The notes beneath the pieces are model-generated. The model was not told the origin of the DNA, did not search any database, and saw nothing but the letters and a program-made list of their open reading frames with translations. Shown piece by piece: positions 56,592 through 64,000 of a DNA stretch of 64,000 nucleotides. The first letter of the stretch is position 1; each line of letters begins with the position of its first letter. The position numbers were made by a program, and so were the translations under genes. This DNA is from Nitrospirales bacterium (GTDB lineage Bacteria > Nitrospirota > Nitrospiria > Nitrospirales > UBA8639), in the NCBI GenBank assembly GCA_965203295.1, contig CBDBCZ010000019.1, forward strand, positions 544,001-608,000, read 5' to 3'.

Positions 56592-57839
56592 CTAAACTCT
56601 GTCATTACCTTTTAAACAACTTATTGTCTCCCGGGCAATCCAGCTTTCCTCATCAGCAGCCACTACGTAGACCGAAAGCGTGTTTTCTTCTTTACTAATG
56701 CGAGTAACATGTCCCGGTTGAAGACCGACTGCTGCTTTATTTCTTTCCTCGTACACCTCCAATCCACACCATTCCATTCCTTGGCAGATGCGGGCACGAA
56801 TATCTGGGGAAGCTTCGCCAATTCCTCCGCCAAACACGATCGCGTCGGCTCCTCCGAGAACCGCTAGGTAAGCCTCGATATATTTCCGTGCTCGGTAACA
56901 AAATACATCAATAGCCAGTTGTGCCTGTTCATCATGTTCCTGAGTGGCAGCTTGAAGTAATTCCCGCATGTCATTGGTTCTGCCTGATACACCCAGCAAT
57001 CCTGATTTTTCATTCAACCACAGTTCGACCTCTGAGGCTTTGACCTTTTCTTTCTCAGAAAGATAGCTAACTACCGAAGGGTCGACATCTCCGGATCGGG
57101 AACCCATAACTAATCCTTCCAGAGGGGTAAATCCCATCGATGTTTCAATGGATTTTCCGTCAGCAATGGCACTGACGGAGCATCCGTTGCCTAACTGCAA
57201 CGTAATGATCGTGGTTTGGAAAAGGGGTTTTCCTACGAAGGCCGCATAACCAGAGACAAGGGAAGCATGTGCGATGCCATGAAACCCGTATCGACGAATG
57301 CGATGTCGAGAAACCAAATCCTGTGGGAGCGCGTAGGTCTTTGCGACAACAGGCATAGTTTGGTGGAAGGCCGTATCGAATACCGCAACCATTGGAATCT
57401 TTGACTCTAGTACTTTTCTAGCCCCCCGAATTCCTTCCAAACACGCTGGATTGTGCAAAAGGGCCAATGCATTCAGCTCATCAATTTCCTTTTCAACCGC
57501 TTCATCGATTAGGGTAGGGACAGAGAACCGCTCCCCCCCATGGACAACCCGATGCCCCACAGCTTCAACCTGGGAAAGCGCTAAAGTCTTTCCTTTTTCT
57601 TCCAGGTCCTTTCCCAAAGCTTCAAACACCCATTGGAAAGCATGGGCATGGTCTGTGACAGGTTTCGTGGCTTTCAGCTCTGCTTCCCCTTCTGTGCTGA
57701 TTTCGAGGGTGGCAGTTCCTCCAATGCCTTTGATTGCACCATTAACCAGATTTCGGCCTGAGACCTTTTCTTTTTCTCCAATATCGAGGAGACGAAATTT
57801 AAGAGAAGAACTCCCACTATTCAGGACTAAAACACGCAT
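56592..57839 (-). CDS. ackA: Acetate kinase
   Basis: LNSGSSSLKF, GHRVVHGG, FDTAFHQT, RYGFHG, TSMGFTPLEGL, GGIGE. Confidence 0.93.
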   Translation of the reverse strand: MRVLVLNSGSSSLKFRLLDIGEKEKVSGRNLVNGAIKGIGGTATLEISTEGEAELKATKPVTDHAHAFQWVFEALGKDLEEKGKTLALSQVEAVGHRVVHGGERFSVPTLIDEAVEKEIDELNALALLHNPACLEGIRGARKVLESKIPMVAVFDTAFHQTMPVVAKTYALPQDLVSRHRIRRYGFHGIAHASLVSGYAAFVGKPLFQTTIITLQLGNGCSVSAIADGKSIETSMGFTPLEGLVMGSRSGDVDPSVVSYLSEKEKVKASEVELWLNEKSGLLGVSGRTNDMRELLQAATQEHDEQAQLAIDVFCYRARKYIEAYLAVLGGADAIVFGGGIGEASPDIRARICQGMEWCGLEVYEERNKAAVGLQPGHVTRISKEENTLSVYVVAADEESWIARETISCLKGNDRV

Positions 57840-57996
57840 TTATAAAATTTTGAGAAAAACAGTTTTGAGTTTAAGGTTTCAAGTTTCGAGATAAGACTTT
57901 CGAGTTTGAGCTGGCATGACGATAAGGGAACAAAGCGCTCTTGTGACTAAAATCATTTTTCGTAAATTGGGTTGAATCGCGAAATCCAGAACGGAC

Positions 57997-60393
57997 TTAA
58001 GAAGGCTCTGGTTGAAAAATCGGACGTGTCGCTATGGGGTCGTCCTGCGTCAGGCTGATCTCTTCATCTTCATGACGGAATGTGATTGCATCGCCATCTC
58101 GTAACGTATACTTCACCATGCAGCCACCGCCATCGATTTCTACTTGAAGTCTCTGTCCCCGAACAGTTAAGGGAAGCCGCATTTTTCCCGCGGCATCTGG
58201 TGCCCTCCTCGGCCGGAATGTCAAGACACCATCATAATCCCGCATTCCCCCAAGGCCGTATGCCAAAGCCATCCAGGTGCCACCCATGGAAGCAATATGG
58301 CACCCGTCTTTCACGTTCCCTCCAACATCGGCGAGATCCATCAGCAGTGCCACGCGCGCATATTCTGTTGCCTTGTCGAACTCTCCAATTTCGGTGGCGA
58401 TAATGCTTTGGATACAGGAAGAAAGCGAAGAGTCTCCCGTGGTCAAGGGATCATAATATTCAAAATTTCGTTTCTTTTGTTCCAGTGTAAAGTTCTGTCC
58501 TAACAAAAACATGGCTAACACCACATCGGCTTGCTTGCTGACCTGGTGCCGGTAGATCGTCAGTGGATGGTAAAACAACAGTAACGGATACTTTTCGGCT
58601 GGAGTATTTTTAAAGTCCCACGGTTCTTTATCCAGGAAACTGGCGTCCTGCGTATGAATTCCTAAAGTTTCATCGAAGGGGATATACATATTCTCCGCCG
58701 CGGCCTTCCATTCTTCGACTTCGGCCACATCTAAATGGGTTTTGTTCGTCAATACGGTGAATGCCCCTGGATCCTTTTCCTTGAGCCACTCAATCGTTTC
58801 CGCGGCATACCGAAGATTTTCCTGCGCCATAAGATTCGTAAACAGATTATTATCCACAACAGTGTTATACTCATCCGGTCCTGTCACCCCGTTGATGCAA
58901 AACTTGCCCTGTTTTCTTTTCGAGAAAAAGCCGAGGTGAGCCCACAAGCGAGCAGTTTCAACGAGCATTTCCGATCCATAGTGTTTTAAAAACTCCTCAT
59001 CTCCTGTGGCGTTCACGTACTTTTTTAACGCGTATATGATATCCGCATTGATGTGGTACTGGGCTGTTCCTGCCGCATAGTATGCCGAGGCTTCCTCTCC
59101 ATTGATGGTCCTCCACGGATACATGGCTCCTTTTTTCCCCAACTCTCGTGCCCGCTCTCGCGCCTTGTCCAATAACCGATACCGAAAGGTCAGTAAGTTC
59201 TTGGCAATCCGCGGATTGGTATAAATCAAAAAGGGCATGACGTAGATCTCAGTATCCCAGAAGTATTGCCCTTCATAGGCCTGTCCGGTGAGCCCTTTGG
59301 CTGCAACCCCGGTGTTCTCAGCTCGGGCCGACGCCTGCAGAATATGAAACAGGTTAAAGCGAATAGCCTGCTGAATTTCAACATTTGAGCGTCTTGCTCT
59401 GGCTGGGTTGATATCATTCACTTGCACGTCACTTTTCCGCCAGAAGTCATCCATGTACTGTTGCTGGCCAGCCTGTAGGGAATAGAAACCATGAGTGGTC
59501 GCACGATTCAGAATTCGTCCAACTCGCTCACACATCTCATCAGGTGAGGCCGTTTGAGTCGTGTGATAGGCCATGAACTTTGTCAGGTGGATGGAGCATC
59601 CTGGCTGGGCATCTATGGTATAGACGACCTGACCAAAATCATCTGAGCTTTTACTTTTGTAGGAATGGGGACATTCCGTCTCAAGATCATGATCAATGCC
59701 ACAGGCTAGTGTCATTTTGCTATTCTTCGTGGTGTGGCACAGGATCACACGACGATCCTCAACAAAGTTCACGCGTGGTTGAAGGACTCTGCCCTGGAAT
59801 GCTTTCGCTTGCCGAGGATCACCATTGTCTTTGGAGATTGTTTTGTGAACGGCGGTTATCTCCGAGGAGATGACCAACGGAGCTTCTGCGTTTTGAACGG
59901 TCACTTTATAGGAAATAGCCGCCAGGTGTCGGTGTTGGAATGACACCAGCCTTCGCGATTTGATCAAAACCTGTTTTCCGGATGGTGTTTCCCAAAGGAT
60001 CTCCCGCTCAAGCATCCCCGCTTTCATGTTGAGCCGGCGATCGTAACTGAGCAGGTTGGCATTCGGAAGCCAAAAGGGTTCATCGTCCACGTATAGCTTA
60101 ATGATTTTTGTGTCGGTTGCGTTGACAATCGTCTGACCAGTCTTGGCGAACCCATAGGCCTCTTCCCCATACACAATAGGCCAGGATTCGTAAAAACCGT
60201 TGACGAACGTTCCTTCTTGACCAACCGGCCCTCCCTCTTCAGAACATCCTCTCATGCCGACGTATCCGTTTCCGACAGAAAGAACGGTTTCTGTTTGTGC
60301 CAAGAACTGGGGATTGAACTTTTTTTCAATCATGTTCCATTCATCCGGCGGGTAGATATGGTGATCAGGCTCTACGCGCTCACGGTGTATCAT
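57997..60393 (-). CDS. GH65 glycoside phosphorylase (trehalose/maltose/kojibiose type)
   Basis: GNGYVGMRG, KGLTGQAYEGQYFWDTE, YPWRTING, GPDEY, KQAD, DSSLS. Confidence 0.95.
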   Translation of the reverse strand: MIHRERVEPDHHIYPPDEWNMIEKKFNPQFLAQTETVLSVGNGYVGMRGCSEEGGPVGQEGTFVNGFYESWPIVYGEEAYGFAKTGQTIVNATDTKIIKLYVDDEPFWLPNANLLSYDRRLNMKAGMLEREILWETPSGKQVLIKSRRLVSFQHRHLAAISYKVTVQNAEAPLVISSEITAVHKTISKDNGDPRQAKAFQGRVLQPRVNFVEDRRVILCHTTKNSKMTLACGIDHDLETECPHSYKSKSSDDFGQVVYTIDAQPGCSIHLTKFMAYHTTQTASPDEMCERVGRILNRATTHGFYSLQAGQQQYMDDFWRKSDVQVNDINPARARRSNVEIQQAIRFNLFHILQASARAENTGVAAKGLTGQAYEGQYFWDTEIYVMPFLIYTNPRIAKNLLTFRYRLLDKARERARELGKKGAMYPWRTINGEEASAYYAAGTAQYHINADIIYALKKYVNATGDEEFLKHYGSEMLVETARLWAHLGFFSKRKQGKFCINGVTGPDEYNTVVDNNLFTNLMAQENLRYAAETIEWLKEKDPGAFTVLTNKTHLDVAEVEEWKAAAENMYIPFDETLGIHTQDASFLDKEPWDFKNTPAEKYPLLLFYHPLTIYRHQVSKQADVVLAMFLLGQNFTLEQKKRNFEYYDPLTTGDSSLSSCIQSIIATEIGEFDKATEYARVALLMDLADVGGNVKDGCHIASMGGTWMALAYGLGGMRDYDGVLTFRPRRAPDAAGKMRLPLTVRGQRLQVEIDGGGCMVKYTLRDGDAITFRHEDEEISLTQDDPIATRPIFQPEPS

Positions 60394-60428
60394 GTATCTC
60401 GACCTCTCGTTTAGAACTCAGGAAATAA

Positions 60429-61172
60429 TTACAGAAATTCTCCCAAATCTTTGACGACGACATCAGCGCCGTTTTGTCTAAGCTCATCACCGTTTCCTTT
60501 GCGATCGATGCCGATCACCAACCCGAACCCCCCATTGCGACCGGCTTGTACCCCGGAGATCGCATCCTCGACGACTACTGTTCTTTTGGGGTCGACTCCG
60601 AGTCGGTTAGCGCCCTCCAAATACGAATTAGGAGCGGGTTTTCCAGAAAAATTTTTCTCGTGAATGACGTTGCCATCAACTTTCACTTCAAAAAGATCCG
60701 CAATCTTTGCGGCTTGAAGAACGACATCACAATTCTGGCTTGACGTGACGACCGCGATTTTGATCCCCTCGTTGCGGAAATGACGTGCGAGGGCTATGGA
60801 CCCGTCATATGCCTCAACTCCCACCGATTCAATAACTTCGTTGATCAAATCGTTCTTTCGGTTTCCTAGTCCGCATACCGTTTCCGTCTGTGGATTGTCA
60901 TCCGGCGTGCCCTCCTGGAGCTTGATTCCACGTGACTGCAGAAAATCCCGCACGCCATCAAATCGCGGCTTCCCGTCCACATAAAGGCGATAGTCCGTGG
61001 CAATTTCAAAAGGTTGAAAGGTCTCACCCTTTTGTGATGCATGCTTCTGAAGGTACTCATCAAACATTTTTTTCCAGCACGCGGCATGCATTTTTGCCGT
61101 GTCTGTTAGCACACCGTCGAGGTCGAACAACACGGCATCAAATTTGTCACGAGTGATAAGATTTTTGCTCAC
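60429..61172 (-). CDS. Beta-phosphoglucomutase family HAD hydrolase
   Basis: FDLDGVLTDTA, GKPAP, VEDAISGVQAG; upstream of GH65. Confidence 0.9.
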   Translation of the reverse strand: MSKNLITRDKFDAVLFDLDGVLTDTAKMHAACWKKMFDEYLQKHASQKGETFQPFEIATDYRLYVDGKPRFDGVRDFLQSRGIKLQEGTPDDNPQTETVCGLGNRKNDLINEVIESVGVEAYDGSIALARHFRNEGIKIAVVTSSQNCDVVLQAAKIADLFEVKVDGNVIHEKNFSGKPAPNSYLEGANRLGVDPKRTVVVEDAISGVQAGRNGGFGLVIGIDRKGNGDELRQNGADVVVKDLGEFL

Positions 61173-61466
61173 GAAATCTTCTTCCTTTGAAAGAAAACTG
61201 CATGCGTTAGCGTTATCCTCCCTCAGTCATCGAGCCCATCGCTTGAAGCGGACGAGAGAAAATGTTGCATTGTAATGGATTCTATGGGTTTTTGCCTAGA
61301 GGTATCGTCCCAATTTACCCTTATAACCATCTTGTGATCCTCTCGACTTTCCAAGCAAGACCTAGCCTCTTTCTCTCAACATGAAGATCGTTCTTGTAGG
61401 ACTAATAGAAGAAGGAAAAGATTGACATCACCTAGTAGAGACAGGCTATGGTTTGTTTCGAATAAG

Positions 61467-61611
61467 AAGTTTCGAGTTTTCAACAAGAAGTCTAAAGTTT
61501 AAGGTTTAAAGTTTATAAGGTGGGGATTGCTCGAAACTCATTGCGAGCTTCATTCTCCCTCTTTAACTTTAAACTCGAAACTGTTTTTCCTTAAACTTTG
61601 AACTCAGAACC
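61467..61611. repeat. Degenerate heptamer repeat tracts in inverted arrangement
   Basis: AAGTTT(C/A)-type units followed by (A/G)AACT(C/T)-type units; related tracts at 56558-56599, 57855-57910 and 54590-54604. Confidence 0.6.
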
Positions 61612-61621
61612 GTAATCACCT

Positions 61622-63268
61622 TTGATCATGGGAACCAAGATGACACAACTCACTCATAGCCCTGCGTGGAATGCCCTCCAAGAGCATTACGGAAAAATCC
61701 AGCCTCTCCTTATGAGGAATCTTTTTGCCGAGGATCCTCAACGTGCTGAGCGGTTTTCGATGGAAGCCTTAGGAATCTATCTCGATTATTCTAAAAACCG
61801 AATCACAGACGAAACGATTCGACTTTTGTTTGACTTAGCGAAATCCTCTAATCTTCGTGAGCAGATCGATGCCATGTTTACTGGTGAGAAAATTAACATC
61901 ACGGAAAACCGAGCGGTTTTGCATGTGGCTCTTCGTGCACCTCAAAGCGCTTCTATCTTTGTGGATGGGGAGAACGTGGTTCCGGAGGTCCACGCGGTCC
62001 TCGATAAAATGGCCGACTTCGCTAATCGAGTACGGAGCGGAGAATGGAAAGGCTACACCGGGAAGCGTATACGAAACGTTGTCAACATCGGAATTGGGGG
62101 TTCTGATTTTGGTCCCATGATGGCCTATGAGGCACTCAAGTATTATAGTGACAGAGACTTGATACTCCGGTTTGTTTCGAACATTGACGGGACGGATATT
62201 GTTGAAGCGACAAGGGATCTGGACCCTACGGAAACTCTGTTCGTCATCTGTTCAAAAACCTTCACGACCCTCGAAACTCTGACGAATGCCCAATCAGCAA
62301 GAGACTGGTGTCTTAAAACCCTTGGTGACAAACAAGCGGTCGCAAAACATTTCGTTGCCGTCTCTACCAACAAGGAGGATGTGGCGAGATTCGGAATCGA
62401 TACCGCCAATATGTTTGAGTTCTGGGACTGGGTTGGAGGCCGCTACTCCTACGACTCCGCCATAGGTCTATCCCTGATGATCGCGATCGGTCCGGACCAA
62501 TTCCGTGAGATGCTTGCCGGGTTCCATGCTATGGATGAACATTTCCGGACAGCTTCTTTTGAAAAGAATCTACCCGTGCTGCTTGGTTTGTTGGGACTGT
62601 GGTATACCAATTTCTTCAGTGCCGAAACGCATGCCATTCTTCCCTATGATCAATATTTGTGGCGACTAAGTGCCTACTGCCAACAACTCGATATGGAAAG
62701 TAACGGGAAACATGTGGATCGAGAAGGGACGGTTGTGGACTACCACACAGGAGCGATCATTTGGGGGCAGCCAGGGACGAATGGCCAGCACGCTTATTAC
62801 CAACTCATTCACCAGGGAACCCGGCTCATCCCTTGCGATTTTATCGGTTTCTGTCAGTCACTGAATCCGCGAGGTCCTCATCATGATTTGCTCATGGCCA
62901 ATTTCTTCGCTCAAACTGAGGCCCTGGCTTTCGGGAAAACCGGTGAGGAAGTGGAAGCGGAAGGAGTTGCTCCTTCGTTGGTACCGCATCGAACCTTCGA
63001 TGGCAACCGTCCCACCAATACGATCCTAGCAACAAAGCTCACACCTGATATGTTGGGAAAGCTTATCGCTCTCTATGAGCACAAGGTGTTTGTGCAAGGT
63101 ACGATTTGGAATGTCAATTCGTTTGATCAATGGGGTGTGGAGCTTGGAAAGTTACTAACCAAGCGGATTAGTCCCGAGCTTATGAGTCAGACCGAACCGA
63201 AGCTTGCTCACGACAGCTCGACAAATACGTTGATCCGACGCTACCGTCATCATCGTTTCAGTGATTGA
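61622..63268 (+). CDS. pgi: Glucose-6-phosphate isomerase
   Basis: [49 protein letters not shown]; real start probably an ATG a few codons in. Confidence 0.97.
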   Translation: MIMGTKMTQLTHSPAWNALQEHYGKIQPLLMRNLFAEDPQRAERFSMEALGIYLDYSKNRITDETIRLLFDLAKSSNLREQIDAMFTGEKINITENRAVLHVALRAPQSASIFVDGENVVPEVHAVLDKMADFANRVRSGEWKGYTGKRIRNVVNIGIGGSDFGPMMAYEALKYYSDRDLILRFVSNIDGTDIVEATRDLDPTETLFVICSKTFTTLETLTNAQSARDWCLKTLGDKQAVAKHFVAVSTNKEDVARFGIDTANMFEFWDWVGGRYSYDSAIGLSLMIAIGPDQFREMLAGFHAMDEHFRTASFEKNLPVLLGLLGLWYTNFFSAETHAILPYDQYLWRLSAYCQQLDMESNGKHVDREGTVVDYHTGAIIWGQPGTNGQHAYYQLIHQGTRLIPCDFIGFCQSLNPRGPHHDLLMANFFAQTEALAFGKTGEEVEAEGVAPSLVPHRTFDGNRPTNTILATKLTPDMLGKLIALYEHKVFVQGTIWNVNSFDQWGVELGKLLTKRISPELMSQTEPKLAHDSSTNTLIRRYRHHRFSD

Positions 63269-63498
63269 ATTCAGATTCTCGGTTAAGAAACCTCGATGCG
63301 TTCATTGATGTACCAACCCTGGAGGCCTTGCTTGGGTAGGATGGTCTGAAAAAAGAGGATCGGTGACTCCTGGACTTGGAAGACTCCCTTGCTAGCATCC
63401 TCAATGCCAGGAGGAAATTCTCCTCTAATCGTGCAAGGACGCAGGCCGCAAGAACACGGTTGGCGGACTTTATTCAACAGCTTGCCAAGAGAGGTATC

Positions 63499-63918
63499 AT
63501 GCAACCACTTCTTCACTTCAATCTCAACCTGATTCTGGTAAAAACGATTACAGGCGAACTGGATGTTGAGTTACTGAAAACTAGGGTCCGAGAAATTGCT
63601 GATATCGCTCGCAAATTTCCACACCACAACATTCTTATTGATACCAGACAGGCGACCACACCATTTTCAACATTACCGATCACTGATACCACAATAGTGA
63701 GGGATGTTCTGGTAGAAGTGGTCGATCATTTTCAGGAGGTTACGTGCAAAATGGCGACCTTGCTTCCTTGAGGCGAAGGTCTGCCTCGAAACAAGCATGC
63801 ACTCGATTTAGAAAAAGGTATGGTAGGGATGGGCCTCAACCATAAGGTATTTTGGTCTTATGAGGAAGCCATTCAATGGCTGGGGGAGATTTCACCTGTG
63901 CCTGAAGATAATGCATGA
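63499..63918 (+). pseudogene. STAS/SpoIIAA-like small protein with an in-frame TGA
   Basis: GAGG SD plus ATG 63499; NILIDTR; TGA at 63769-63771 then in-frame ...KVFWSYEEAIQWL...* (typical C-terminal F...EEA..WL motif). Confidence 0.6.
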
Positions 63919-64000
63919 CATGATTTCTCTCTACTGGACTTTGAATTTCTTTCTGGACAGGCACTCTCCCTTTCAAAAATGGTGTGCTAAGCAGCTAACG

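Noticed and set aside
63769..63771. Selenocysteine at the in-frame TGA
   Set aside because: No redox motif context and no convincing SECIS-like hairpin just downstream; a nonsense mutation is simpler given the local decay.

Overview
64-kb chromosomal segment of a nitrite-oxidising Nitrospirales bacterium, identified by a periplasmic Tat-exported Nitrospira-type nxrAB at 36.4-41.2 kb. Intact core genes: pheA-hisC-aroF-tyrA-aroA-cmk-plsC-rpsA-sppA-ihfB, tRNA-Val(CAC), selO, gcvT, pgi. Accessory genes include a MarR-linked redox/detox cluster, an ABC exporter and a beta-PGM/GH65/ackA/gnd sugar cluster. About eleven accessory genes are broken by frameshifts, nonsense codons or deletions, suggesting ongoing genome erosion. 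Features missed by the ORF track: (1) a relic integron with the intI 3' tip, an attI-like region and one cassette with a well-formed 70-bp attC; (2) an IS200/IS605 tnpA whose inferred inactivating changes are almost all A:T>C:G transversions; (3) four copies of a structured ~160-260-bp repeat with compensatory base changes, one interrupted by a second MITE; (4) an OGFOD1/Tpa1-like prolyl hydroxylase next to a Cys/Thr-type hydroxyproline dehydratase; (5) a duplicated sigma54 promoter, paired palindromes and a possible leader peptide upstream of nxrA. Family assignments come from motif recognition by eye, with no database searches.
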